A stretch of DNA of 64,000 bases. Source: Entomortierella parvispora E1425. Its lineage: Eukaryota; Fungi; Mortierellomycota. The stretch spans positions 2,666,001 through 2,730,000 of the forward strand of contig BQFW01000007.1 in the NCBI GenBank assembly GCA_020891255.1, written 5' to 3'. The translations under genes and the position numbers were made by a program. Numbering within the stretch: position 1 is the first letter of the stretch; every line of letters begins with the position of its first letter. Positions 1-13,061 of the stretch are shown piece after piece. The notes beneath the pieces were generated by a model. The model saw only the letters and a list, made by a program, of their open reading frames with translations. It was not told where the DNA came from and searched no databases.

Positions 1-861
1 TCCAATCGTGTTGCGTCTTAGGTCCAATATCAACAAGGCCGTGTTGAAACAGAGCGTCTTTGCCAGTGCCTTGGCACAAATGCTTCGGATCTCACTCGAG
101 TTCAGTCCCAAAGAGGTCAGGGTGCTGTCTGACTTGAGCGCCTGTGATAGCGCCAGACCACCAATAAATCCGATCTGGTTATAGCACAACATCAATGTGG
201 CCATCCCTGTGTTAATTCAGAGTGCCTCTGACAACGCCACTGCGCCAAAGTCCCCGATCGAGTTCTCCCGCAAGTTCAAGGAGGACCGAGTCCTGTTCTT
301 CTTTAGTGCTTCCGCCAAGGCATGTACTCCCTCCTCTCCAATCGAGATGTCCTTCAGGTTCAAGCTGACCAAGGTCTGGTTAACATGGAGCGCCATGGAC
401 AGCATCTCGGCACCTTCGTCTCCAATCTTGTTGTCACATAGACATAAGGATGATAGACCAGCATTGACCTTGAACGCCTCTGACAACACAAGCGCGCCCG
501 TTGCTCGAATCTTGTTCCGTCCCAGGTTCAAATTAGACAGACCCTTGTTGATCCTGAATGCTTCGGCCAGGACATGAGCGCCGTCAGTTCCAAACCGGTT
601 GTACTCCAAGTTCAAAGTCGCTACACTGGTGTTGATCTTGAGGGCCACCGACAATGCCTCGACCCTTTACAAATCAATAGAGTTGCGGCACAGGTCCAAA
701 GCTGTCAGAGTCTTGTTGATCTTGAGTGCGGATGACAGAATCTGAGCTCGAACCCCGCCAGTCAAGTTGTCCATCAAGCTGAAAGCCGCCAGGAACTTGT
801 TGATCCTGAGTGTGTCCAATACATCCAGAATGTTACTAGTTTCGATAAAGTTCTCACTCAT
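1..861 (-). pseudogene. RNI-like/NLRC3-type leucine-rich repeat gene with two in-frame nonsense codons; runs off the window start
   Basis: One minus-strand frame encodes 28-aa LRRs (LxxLxLxxNxIGxxGAxxLSxALKxN) from 861 to base 1. It is interrupted by TAA at 667-669 (NSIDL*RVEALS, where other repeats read NSIGDEG..LS) and TGA at 217-219 (LSEAL*INT, where other repeats have K/R). The repeats continue in the same frame after each stop. Confidence 0.8.
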
Positions 862-1414
862 GTCCTAGGTGGATAGAGGCAGGTCGATCAAGACGCGAGA
901 AAGGCATACACCTTGACTGTACTCTAGAACTGCTGATTTCTTGATCTTGAGATGTCGTATCAGATGCTGGTTTCGTTCAGGAATCCGTGGACGGAGGCCT
1001 TGTCCAGAATATGCAATAAAATTGTAGAGTGCCGCTGTAAAAGATGCGTTCCCGTCGGTATGGCAATGATTAGAAAACCCGGTGGTCGACAGAAGAGGTC
1101 ATGAAAGTGGGCAAAGGGAAAAGAGCGAAAAAGAAATTCCTTTTTTTTTTGTTCTCAACTTCTCAGACGTTTTTGTGTCGCATTGATTCCTCCTATCGCT
1201 CTCAGACGTCTGATCCACGGGCTTCACCTCAAACAGCAGCAATAAAAATTCACTGGGGAAAGCCGGCCTTCCAGATCGAAATGACCGAGGCTTTTATAAC
1301 GGCGATATATCCTAATCCATTGATATCCGCTCACCCTCCCCTTCTTCAAACTTTATCGCGTTTCTTGGTTCGTGTTTATAATTTACATTGTTATAGGTCT
1401 CTGCTATGACAGTT

Positions 1415-3185
1415 TTAGTGATCCATAGACATTTGATGTCTATTATCAAAAAAAAAAAAAAAAAAAAAAAAAGGATTCCAGTGAGTATTCTGTCCAGATC
1501 GATAACCAAAGAACCCTTGTTCATTACACGAGGAGGCCACGCAAAAGATTATGTTTTACCTCTTGTAAACACTCATGATCTTGGCCACAAATGCTTCCAA
1601 ATGGAATATGGCTTTTTGGCCCATCCGCAATCGATGTTCATAGAAGGCGGCCTCCTGGGCAAATCGCATCTTCAACTCGTTGCTTTCGACCCTCTCAATT
1701 AGCTCTTTCGCCAAAGTCTTCAGAATTGTGGCTGCATCGATGCAGTGGTTCAAGAGTTCGTAAAGCATACCACGGACATGTTGCAATCTAAAGATGGAGA
1801 AGCGAAAAATGAATGTGCGGATGAGCTGTCAATTCTCCCGCATAAAGAACGAGCGTGAGATATCAGCGATCTGCATCCATGAACCTACGATTCTGGATTT
1901 TGGGCTTTCAAAATCTGATGCATCACTTGACGGACAAAATCCTCCCAGTCCATGCGAGGTATTTCCTGGTTATCTTTGAAGGGGTGGCTGGTATATGAAG
2001 GATTGTCAGTCGATCTGTCCTTCTCTGCGAAAGCCAAAAATAAATAAAAGAGATGTGCTATCCTACCATTGAACTTTGGCCGTCTCAAGCATCAAAATGG
2101 CCCTCCTTAGGTTGCGTCCAGAGTCCTCTGCGAGTCTTAGAGCCAGGCTTTCAGGCAAAGGTCCACAGTGCTCCTTCTTGACGACTTTTTGCAACACTTT
2201 ACAGATCTCGGGCACGGTTGGTGCACCGACACGGACGAGCAAGCAACGGGATTGAATAGGTCCAATTATCTTTGAGGTCGTATTACAGCACATGATAATG
2301 CGCAAATTGCCCATATATTTCTCCATTGTGCGACGCAAGCCTGCCTGAGCATCCCTCGTCAACAGATCTGCCTCGTGAATGACGACCACTAAAGAAGAGA
2401 GATCCATAGAAGAATAGCACAATATTAGTCAAAGAAAGGGGGGAGGGGGGGGCCGTCGAATTCCAGATTGTTTTGGATTTCGCCCATTACCCTTGAATCG
2501 CTTTTGTGCAGAAGCATCCACCTGTTGTGTCTGGGCCACTTCCTTCAAGAGATCCTGAATAACGACCCTATCGTAGTTTCCAACATCACTAGAAGTAAAA
2601 AGAGACGACGCATTAGATTCATTGGTCTGGATCCTGCGCCGGTGTCCTTGCTCGTGAATTCTTCTCACCTTGGATTGACTTCCAGGTGGTAATTACTCGA
2701 GACGATGTTCAACTCTAGTTTTCTCTTGGACGGTGTCTCGAAAATCCGTTGATCGATCTTGATCTGTTGTAGAAGGATGAATTAGCGTTTTGCGTCAGAA
2801 TTTCTGTCGACTGGAGCTGGCAGCAGACAATGAGACAAAAGAAAGAAAGGACGGATATTCAGGATAACTGTACCTTTTCAGAACCAGCGCCAAAGAGCTC
2901 ACGGAGGATAGCAACAACACGAGTCTTCTTTCCAGAACCTGGGGGGCCAAAGACAAGCATGTGAGGAAAGTCACCCGAGGCGCACTAAAAAGGGAGCGAA
3001 GGTCCATTGAGTCAGAGTGCATGCATTCTGTGCATGAGAGGAAGAAAGCCGTCCTGAGAATTAGACGCCGAGAAGCAAGAAGAGGGGTGTTCCTTTACCA
3101 GCTTCTTCAGATGAGCCGAGAGATCAGCATGGTAGTCGAGTTTGTCGAGGTTGTTGGGACGGTGCTTGTCTACCCAGAGAGCCAT
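1415..3185 (-). CDS. RFC5: Replication factor C small subunit (yeast Rfc5 / human RFC3 type), multi-exon
   Basis: The N-terminus is MALWVDKHRP (ATG 3185). The spliced exon CASGDFPHMLVFGPPGSGKKTRVV carries the Walker A motif, followed by EADLLTRDAQAGLRRTMEKY, SRC and C-terminal EHRLRMGQKAIFHLEAFVAK. The last exon is uncertain: either a stop at 1556-1558 if unspliced, or a short terminal exon ending at 1415. Confidence 0.93.
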
Positions 3186-3507
3186 GATGGGAGTGAATGA
3201 AGAATGATGGGCGGATAGGCGGATGGGTACTGTAAAAAGAAGAGAGTTGCAACCAGGGAGAAAAAGACCGACGCGAAGAAGTGGTGGCAAACGCGTCCAT
3301 TGTGGACACAGTAAACATGTTAGCACGTGACACAAGTGTTAACGAGTACGATCCGATCTGCTTCTGTGACACGACTTTTTTTTTTTTTCCCCTTGCAGAG
3401 AAAGACTCTTTCAGAGAACACAAAAAACCGTTCGGTCCCTTTGAAGAATCCTCTTTTTTTTTCTCCACTCCACTCATTCATCGCATCCCCTTAGTGCCTC
3501 CATTGCA

Positions 3508-6500
3508 ATGCCGCCAAAGAAAAAGGGAAACAAGAAGCAAAAGGACGACTACTGGTACTACTCGCTACATTGCTCCATTCCGTCTCTCCTCATCTCTCCT
3601 CTTCCATTCCCACTCTCAACACGCTTTTCTGTTCGTGCAGATCTTTTTTTATTGCTTATGCTCACCATGGAAGATACGCTACCCCAGAACACACAAAAAT
3701 TATCCGCCCCTTCTCTTCACCTTCAACTGCGGCAGCTCAAGGAGACAGGCAGACCACCGCGCATCGGATTCTCGCCGCAGCTACACCTTCCAGCACTCTT
3801 GCCGTGAGCAGGAGAAAACCTTCTTTATCAAGATTCAAACTGCGGACTGACACGTTTGTTTTTCTTTTACTTTTCTCTCTTGCGTAGGGATAACCCAGAT
3901 GAGTTTGAGCAGGATCAGGAGGCTCTTGGTGTCACCAGCAATGCTGCTCCAGAGTCCGAGGTCGTCCTCCCCGCCCATGTGGAGCACGACGATGACGATG
4001 GCGAGGGCGGTTTGATGAGCATGATTGCGAGGGCTTCCAAGAAGAAAAACCAGCCCAAGAAGGCCGCCACTCCCGAGCCCGATCTTGGTGAGGACCTGGA
4101 TGACGGCGAACCCGTGGTCAGGATCAAGACCAAGAAGGAGAAGGAGCGTGAAAAGAAGGAGCGCGAGAAGGAGAAGAAGCGTCTTGCTGCTGCGCAGGCC
4201 AAGAAGGACAACCCCGAGCCTGAAAAGAAGCAGGAGGAGAAGCCTGCTGCCCCCGCCCCCTCATCCGCCCCTGCCCCTGCTGCTTCTGCCGCTCAGGATG
4301 ACGATGACGAGGATGATGAAGAGGATACTGGATCAAAGTCCAAGAACAAGAAGAAGAAGAAAAAGGCTGCCCCCAAGGAGGAGGTCAAGCCCAAGAAGAA
4401 GGGACCTGCTGGATTGGGCGCTCTCAAAGTAAGGACAACCAAGATCGACTCGGATCATGGATCATGGATATGCATCTGGACCCGATATTCCAACTGTGAA
4501 TGGTCAACTTATGCAATTTATTTTTTCTCTTCATTTCACTAGGCCATGTTGGAGAAGCAAAAGGCCGAGGAGGAGGAGCTTCGTCGCTTAGCTGAGGAAG
4601 AGGAGCGCAAGGAGGCAGAGAGACTTCGCTTGATCGAGGAGGAGGAGGCTGCCAAGGCCGCCCTCAAGGCCAAGAAGAAGGAAAAGGAAAAGGCAAAGAA
4701 GGAGCAGATGCGCAAGGAGGGAACTCTTTTGACCAAGGCCCAGAAGGAGGCCCAGCAAAGGGCCGCTCTTCGTAAGCAGCAGCTTTTGGAGTCTGGTGTC
4801 ATTGTTGAGGGTCTTGAGAACAATGTCGCCGAGGCTGCCGAGAAGAAGAAGAAGGTCGTTTATGGTAACAAGAAGAAGAAGGGACCTCAGTCCACCTCAA
4901 CTCCTCCCCCCTCATCGCCCAAGATTGCCTCTGCACCTGTTCAGGTCGTGACCCCCGTCTCAGCTGCTGCTTCGGAGAAGGACGAGGAAGAGGAAGCTGA
5001 CGACTGGGAGGCCGCCGCCGAGAAGGTCGACGAGGAAGTTGATGACTGGGAGGCTGCTGCCGAGAAGGAGTCTGACGAGGAGGACGTCAAGGACAGCTGG
5101 GATCAGAGCAGTGAGGAGGAGGAGGAGGAGGAGGAGAAGCCTAAGCCTGCCCCCAAGGCTGCTGCTCCCACCAAGGCCGCTCCTGCCAAGGCTACCCCCG
5201 CTGCCAAGGCCGCACCTGCTAAGGCTGCTCCCGCCAAGGCTGCCCCCGCTGCCAAGGCTGCGCCTGCTAAGGCTGCTCCTGTCAAGGGTGCTCCCGCCAA
5301 GAAGGGTGTGCCTGCCAAGAAGGAAGAGTCTGAGTCCGAATCTGAGGAGGACTCTGAGGATGAATCTGATGACGATTCTGATGATTCTGACGACTCTTCG
5401 GACTACTCTGACTCTGAGTCTGATTCCGATAGAGAGTCTTCGACCGCTTTGGCCGAGCGTCTCCGTAAGGAGCAGGCTGCCAAGCGCAGAAAGGAGCGTG
5501 TTGCTGCTGCCATGGCTGCCCGTTCCAAGGATGACTTGCGTTCGCCCATTTGCTGTATTTTGGGACACGTCGATACAGGAAAGGTACGACAGTTGCAAAC
5601 GCAATGGACTTTTGAGAAGGAGAAAAATGACCTGGACACTAACATCAGTTGATATTCATTAGACAAAATTGCTGGACAAGATTCGTCAGACCAACGTTCA
5701 AGAGGGCGAAGCTGGAGGAATTACCCAGCAGATCGGTGCTACCTACTTCCCTCTGGAGACTATCAAGCAAAAGACTGCTGTTTTGAACAAGGATGGATCC
5801 AGGGAATACAAGCTCCCTGGTCTCTTGATCATCGATACTCCTGGACACGAGTCCTTCACAAACATGCGTTCCCGTGGATCCTCGCTCTGTAACATTGCCA
5901 TTTTGGTCGTCGATATCATGCACGGTCTCGAGCCCCAAACACTCGAGTCCCTGAAGCTTTTGCGTGACAAGAAGACTCCTTTCATTGTTGCCTTGAACAA
6001 GATTGATCGTATCTACGGCTGGAAGGCGATCCCCGACAACTCTTTCCAGGATTCGCTCTCCCAGCAGGCTGTTTCTGTCCAGCGCGAGTTCGAGACCCGT
6101 GTCGAGGCCACTATCACCGCCTTCCAGGAGAACGGATTGAACGCTTGCCTGTACTACGACAACAAGAACATGGGCAAGTATGTTTCCTTGGTCCCCACCT
6201 CTGCCCACACTGGTGAGGGTATCCCCGATATGATTATGCTTCTGGTCGAGTTGACCCAGACCCGTATGAGTGAAAAGTTGATGTACATTTCCGAGTTGGA
6301 GTGTACGATTCTGGAAGTCAAGGTCATTGAGGGTCTCGGAACCACGATCGATGTCGTTCTGTCGAACGGTGTCCTCAGGGAAGGAGATCGCATTGTCCTC
6401 TGCGGTCTCTCTGGAGCTATTGCCACAAACGTCCGTGCATTGTTGACGCCCCAGCCCCTTCGCGAGTTACGTGTCAAGTCTGCCTATGTCCATCACAAGG

Positions 6501-7548
6501 AGGTCAAGGCCTCTTTGGGAGTCAAGATTGCTGCCCCCGATCTGGAGAAGGCCGTCGCTGGTTCCCGTTTGATGGTTGTCGGACCCGATGATGATGAGGA
6601 CGAGTTGATGGACGAGGTCGAGAGTGATTTGAAGACATTGTTGACGTCGATTGACAAGTCTGGAAACGGAGTGTGTGTGCAAGCATCGACTTTGGGATCT
6701 CTGGAGGCTTTGCTCGAGTTCTTGCGTGTGTCCAAGATTCCCGTCTCCGGAATCAACATTGGACCCGTTCACAAGAAGGACATCATGCGTGCCAGTACTA
6801 TGTTGGAAAAGTCCAAGGAATTGGCCTGTCTACTGTGCTTTGATGTCAAGGTGGACAAGGAAGCAGAGCAAATGGCTGAGGAGATGGGAATCCGTATCTT
6901 CAAGGCCGATATTATTTACCACTTGTTCGATCAGTTCACGGCCTACCACAAGCAGTTGACAGAGGAGCGTCGCAAGGATCAGGCTCCCTCGGCCGTCTTC
7001 CCCTGTGTGCTCAAGATGATGCCCGGAGCCATCTTCAACAAGAAGGACCCCATCATTATCGGAGTGGACGTTGTGGACGGTGTCATGAAGCAAGGCACAC
7101 CCCTGTGCGTGGTCAATGTGAACCCTGAGACCAAGGCCAAGGAGGTTGTGTACTTGGGCAAGATCACGTCCATGGAGCAGAACCACAAGCAAGTCGAGTC
7201 GGTCAGGAAGGGTGCTTCCGGAGGAGGTGTGGCTATCAAGATTGAGTGCGCTGTGTATGAGAACGCAAAGACCTATGGAAGACATTTCAACGAGCAGTCT
7301 GAGTTCATCTCGCAGATCTCGCGTGAGTCCATTAATATTCTCAAGGAGTCCTTCCGTCAAGATATGACAAAGGAGGACTGGGCCCTTGTCGTCAAGCTGA
7401 AGGCCAAGTATGTATTTTTTTTTTTTTGCCCTCTGTTCTTTTTTGCTCTTTGAAGGAGGAGTCATTGAGATTGTCTGTTCACTTGCTAACTACGTCTTTG
7501 TATTTGTCTATCCTTCCCTCTCTCATCTCTAGGTTGGATATTGTTTAG
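3508..7548 (+). CDS. FUN12: Eukaryotic translation initiation factor 5B (IF2-like GTPase), multi-exon
   Basis: Motifs [43 protein letters not shown] and VALNKID are present, preceded by a long charged N-terminus. There are GT-AG introns, including one that splits the P-loop. The terminal exon reads (K)LDIV* with TAG at 7546-7548. Confidence 0.96.
5146..5322 (+). repeat. Coding PAKAA/AKAAP low-complexity repeat in the eIF5B N-terminal region
   Basis: The translation reads [55 protein letters not shown]. Confidence 0.85.
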
Positions 7549-8212
7549 AAAATGTCAGTTATTTTATAAAAAAAGCATGTGTTTTTTCCCCCTTTTCTTT
7601 TATTCGGGATATAGAAAACTTATTCATCAGTTTTGGGCTTGTAGGGGTGAGAGGTGGGTGGGTGGCAGCGAGAGGGAATGGTGTACTGGCTAAAGCTATC
7701 GACCTTGAAAATGTTGATGAGAAAGGAGGATGGAGTTTCAGAGAGAGAGAGAGGGGCAATATGTAAGAATCCCTGAAGGCACTTTGGTCGTAGACAGTGA
7801 CCACATTGCTCTATTGGGGACAAGTCAAAATCAGCTCGCTTTTCAGCAGTGGAAAGGCGACCATCCCCGTCTGCAATCGGGATCGTCAAATCGATTGGTG
7901 ACCACGGGTCTCCACAGCATGCAAAGAAGGATGCTGCAACAAGGTGGTACCGTCGATAAGACAAGGACAGAAATAAAAGCAAAGATGGTCCTGGAGCAAT
8001 AACTCTTAACGATTTTGTTTATGATACAGCGAGCATGTCGTTTTTTTTATTATTTTTTTTTTAGGATGTTGCAAAGGATTGAATAACGCCCGGCCACCCT
8101 CCTGATGTGAGTGCAGAAATGAAGAGGCAGGTACCGAGTTCGTTGATGGGGTTGTTTTGTTCAAAAAGAAAAAAGAGACGAAAATGACCCGAGAACAAAA
8201 ATAAAATGGCGT

Positions 8213-10311
8213 CTACTTCTTGGACTTTTTGGCTGGTCTATCCTCGTCGTCCTTGTCATCCTCGTCGCCCGATCCCGCAGAGCCGTCTGAATCGCTGACA
8301 TTCTCATCGAATTCCTCGGCCACATCACTCTCACTCTCGGCCACAAAGTCCTCATCGGCTAGAATTGGGAGGGAAAAATAAAAGACAAAAAAGGTCAGCA
8401 AAAAAAAACAAAAAAAAAAAAAAAAAAAGAGACGGAAAAAAAAGCTGCAGGAGTATCCACTTACGACTCGAGTCACCATCATCATCATCATCGCCTCCAA
8501 AGTCCTGGACAACCGATTTACGCTTTCTCTTGCCAGTGTCTTCCTCTGATTCAGAGTCCTCGGCCATCTCGACATAGCGTCCTGAGGTTTCATCGTCCAT
8601 GGACTTTGTCTTGATCTTCTTGTTCTGCATGAACTCGTTCAAGTTGTTGTACTCTTCACGGTTGATGCTCGAGAACGAATAGTCCACGCCAGACTTCATG
8701 TTGAACTTGAGGTCAAAAGTCCTGGATGCGGATGAGACGCCGCCACCAACACGCGAGAATGTCACCGAGCCAATCTCGGAATGAGGGATAAACGTTGGGG
8801 GCTTGGGAATGAACAGGAACGACTTGTCCAAGGGATAGAGCACTCCCTCGTTCGCCTTCATCGAACACTTGATGGCCGATTGACTGTGGTAACTCTTGAA
8901 GAACTCGGATGGGATCGTGACACGACGACCTGTCAAGGCCTTGAACAACGTGCTTACCACCTCATAGGTTCTCGTCTCGTACTTCTTCTCCAACTTACCC
9001 TCGTATTTTGTCGCCAAAGTCTCGTCGTCCAGGTTCAGGGTCACATCCGTTTCCTCCTCACGCACAAACTGGAAGACCAAGAAGGGGTACCGGGTCTGTC
9101 CTTGACGCAATGGGGGGTCCAGACCAATAACAAAAAGAACGTGCACATCGTCGGGCTTGGGCAACAAGAACAGCTTGATAATGCTGGTGTAGGCGATCTT
9201 GTAGTCGGTTGTTTTTCCACGCAGGCGCAAAAATGTGGGGAACATGTCGATATCGTAACGTCCACGAGGGGTCAAGCACAAAGTCTCTGAGAACAACACA
9301 ATGCCATCTCCTGGTGCAGCATCTCCAATGTCGGCGTGATCCTTGATGGCGTTGTAGAAAAGCTGGGTTGTTGTCGCGCGTTCGTTAGAAAGGAGAAGCT
9401 AAAAGTTAGTATCGAGCCAAAACAAAAGGACCCTGTTCGAGCGTACTCCTTTTCCCGACCCTACTTACATTGGCTGCACTCTCCTCCTCGACATCGCCCT
9501 CCTGAGCCTTGGCGCTAGGAATATAAAATCTCATCTCGACCAGCTGATCACCCTTCTTATTGGCTGGAGCTCCAGTCTCGCCGTCAGGTCCTCCCAACTC
9601 CAGCATGACCTCGTGCTTGGCTGTCAAGGAGGTGTTGGTGACCTCTTTGAGAGGAATCTCAAACATTTCCTTGTTCTGGACGTTAAACAAGAGATGGTTG
9701 TCTATCGTTGTTGGTCGAATCGAGATAGAGATTAGCGTCACCGATCGAGTCTCTCCTGACCGATCCAGTCCATGAGTCCTGGCAAAAAAAAAAAAAAAAA
9801 AAAAATAGTCCCATACTCATGAAATCGGTTTTGCCCCAGTTCCAGCCTTTGACGCTCAGTTCCTTTGTCTCCAGAGTCAATCCGTAGTTGGTCTTGATGA
9901 TCTCCTTCAGCTTGTCATAGTCCTAGAAGGCATGAAAAGCATAACAACAAAATAAAAAACAAAGAGACAAGAACACCTGTCAGCAGAAAATAAGAACGAG
10001 CTCCCTCCGTGCGCAGTCTGTAAGCAGGATCCGCTCAAGAGATAACAAAAAAAAAATAAAAAGAGAAACCATACATCACGCTGGAATCCATCAAACTTGA
10101 CGATGGTGTTGTCTCGCAACTGAAGTCGAAGCTGGAAATTGCGAGAGGCACGAATCCAGTACATCTTTCGAAGATCAGCATCCCTGACTGTGAACAGCTT
10201 GTCAACTGTGCGGGCCTTCCATCCCAATCCACTCTGGGCGAGACGCAGTAATCCAAGCTCGGGGGCATTGCCCAGGAAAATGTCGTCAAACTGGTTGACC
10301 TTGTCGCTCAT
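8213..10311 (-). CDS. POB3: FACT complex subunit SSRP1/Pob3, multi-exon
   Basis: Recognisable segments are MSDKVNQFDDIFLG..., KGWNWG, CLTPRGRYDIDMF..LRGKTTDYKI, LDPPLRQGQTRYPFLV and KANEGVLYPL. There is an acidic C-terminal tail ending KKSKK* and no HMG box, as is typical of fungi. Confidence 0.96.
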
Positions 10312-10928
10312 GATTGAAACAAGTGTCTGTGTGTCTGTGAGGAAAGAGGAGAAGGTCGTTCAAGAACAGAAAAATGAGGCAGTGGACTGTCGGTTTCTGT
10401 CTGTCTGTTTCCGTGTCTGGTCCTTGAGTCCTGGCTGGGTCGGGTTTTGTCTGTCCTGGATGGATGTCCCTGCGGAGTCGCTTGCGAGAGAGTGATGTCA
10501 AAGGATGCTTGCTCCTTGGGACCAGCCGCCGCCAAAAAAGAACGCGCCCAGCAAAGGAGAGAAAAATAGCCCGCGCGATAAGATCTGTTCCGTTGCGTTT
10601 TTATTTGTGCGTGGATGTAACGAGACATTTATTTCCAGTCAGAGTCACTGGACACCCGCACCAACAAATTTTCGTGTCGACGCGTGCGCGCCGTGGTTCG
10701 TTGAACCGTCGCACTCAGATAACAAACCGGGAGCATCGCTCAAAAAATCTTGAGCAGGATACGTAAACCAAGTAGTGTTTCTCTGGTACAGGGTTGGCCA
10801 CTATACCTCTACGAGATAAATGCCCTTGTCAATTCTTTTTTTTTTAAAATGGTCGTCCACTCTTCTTTCAACCCTTTCCTCAATTAGTTTCCCTTCCCCC
10901 CCCCCCCCACCTCCCTCCATCAGTTAAA

Positions 10929-11329
10929 ATGCTCGCCAAAGTAGTTTGCGTCGCTGTCGGCGCAGGGTCCTTTGTAGCCTCCATGACCCCACCCCGGGCT
11001 GCTGCCGCGGCCACAACGACCAATCGCAAACTAAAGATTCAGAGTGAGGGCAGATTCCTGGACAGGTTCTTTGTTGACTGGCTCCCCACTCTCATCATCC
11101 GCTTGACACTCTTCCTCGTCATGACTTACACTGGATGCCTGCTTTGGATTTACCACACGGCTGCTACGGGGAGAGATGGTTGCGTGAACTGCAATGATGT
11201 ACAAGAGTATCAGGTCTGGCGCCAGCTTTTGGTTTTGAAATCTTGGCACCCTATGGTTTGCGCGATGGCTATCTTTGGAGGCTGGCTTCGACGATGGTCA
11301 TTTGCTACGTTGGACAGGTTCTTCACGGT

Positions 11330-11363
<34 letters not shown>

Positions 11364-11862
11364 GCAGGACAAAGGGAACCATGGCAGTGAGGTATTGACA
11401 GCTGATTCCGTTTTTCTTCATCACTCTTTGTGCGGGACTCAGTATCGTCTTACGATCCATGCCGACCATAAACTCGTTAGCACAGGTCCTTACAAGTATT
11501 TGCGCCACCCTTCTTACACGGGAGCTTTGTTGGCCGTCTCTGGTGCCTACCTGTTGCTGCTCCACCAAGGACTTTGGCCAATCTTTACAGCCCTACTCTC
11601 AGGTTGGACCCGTTCCTACCTAATCCCAGCCTCTCCCATGGTACCCCCTGTCCTGACTGTCCTCCAAGGTGCCATCCCCGTCTGGGGCCAGTTGACCGGT
11701 CCCAATGGCGGAGCCTGGGTCACGGCCGCTTTGACGGCCTTTTATGTCGAGATGTTTCGAAGAAGGATCAAGGGCGAAGAAGCGATGTTGAAGCAACATT
11801 TTGGCAAAGAGTGGGATCTTTACGCGAGCCAACGATGGCGATTCATTCCTCTTCTCTTTTGA
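10929..11862 (+). CDS. Isoprenylcysteine carboxyl methyltransferase (ICMT/Ste14)-family membrane methyltransferase
   Basis: Removing intron 11328-11442 gives ATLDRFFT|YRLTIHADHKLVSTGPYKYLRHPSYTG and C-terminal RIKGEEAMLKQHFGKEWDLYASQRWRFIP, the family hallmark motifs. Several hydrophobic segments are present. Confidence 0.85.
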
Positions 11863-13061
11863 GTCTTTTCTCTTTCTCTCTTTCTTGAAGTCCTCATAGA
11901 ATAAAGATCCTTCTTGTTTTGAAAAAAAGTATTGAACGAACTACCCAAAACTAAAAAAAAAAAAAAAAAAACGCGCATATAAACCACAACGGCTGCCTCG
12001 CCTCTTTTTTGAAATCAAATGAATACCACTCAGCCGTACTGTACTTTGTACACTTTGTACCATGGTCAGAAAGGAGAGAGCCTCTTTTTTTTTTTTTTTT
12101 TGGGCACAAAGGCCACAATCAACACTCAATCTTCGCCGCTGTTTCTTTTGCATGGGGAGGAAATCGAAGGGTTGAGAAAAGACTACTGTATAACAGAATG
12201 ACGGAGGGGGAAAAGGCGGGCGGGGGGGACAGACATACCACAGAACCGGTAAGGAAGGAGTACATCAGGGATGGGACCTGCCTGAGATGCAGGAGCCTGG
12301 GACGAATCAGATCGAGGGGCCCAATAACGTAATGTTGTCTTTTTGTCAATGTCCGCCTAAGGCGACCCATGGGATGGGAGCGCACGACCGACTTTCTCAG
12401 CCCCTGTGGACTTTGAATTCCTTACTTGAAAAACGTACATCCAGCGGTTAAGCAAAGCTTGATCTCACCACAGTACATGTACTTTTGTAGTTTAGGCCTC
12501 CTTTCTTGTCTAGTTCTAGAGAAGCACGTTGGAGGCTAAGACGCTATCGCGCCCGTCTCAAAGTCGTGACATCATAGTCATTTGAAGCCGAGTCCATGAT
12601 TCTTCCAACGGCAGAAAAGATATTAGGCCGACGGATGCAAGAGCTGCCAGGGGGACCTATGTGGCTCTTGGACACCTGTCAAGAATAGGAAAAAAAATGA
12701 AGAGTTGGGTAAGTTTCCTCTCAAAATCAAACCCCCGCCTCTCATCGAAGGGCTCTCGCTCCTTCGGAATTCATATGCAGGCAGGCAGTGCAGGGCTCCG
12801 CATCTTGGTCCCGCCAATCGCCATCTGTGGAGATGGCCTTGCAGTTGATCTGAGGGACATGCTTGCTACAGCAAACAAAAACAGTGACATGTGATGTGTG
12901 TCTAGTTGGTGGGTGTTTATTACAAAGCCGGGTTTTGAATGTATTGTAGCAAAAGGAGAAAGAAAAGGAAAAGGGTAGTTTACAAACATGGTGCCGTGGA
13001 GGGGAGAAAAAAAAGTACAAAAGATGTAGGATATAGATTGACGATATTGAAAGGATGCGGG

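Noticed and set aside
4960-5604. Long antisense and alternative-frame ORFs over eIF5B, myosin, M64 peptidase, AAA ATPase and pol
   Set aside because: These are expected shadows of codon-biased, low-complexity or coiled-coil coding sequence.
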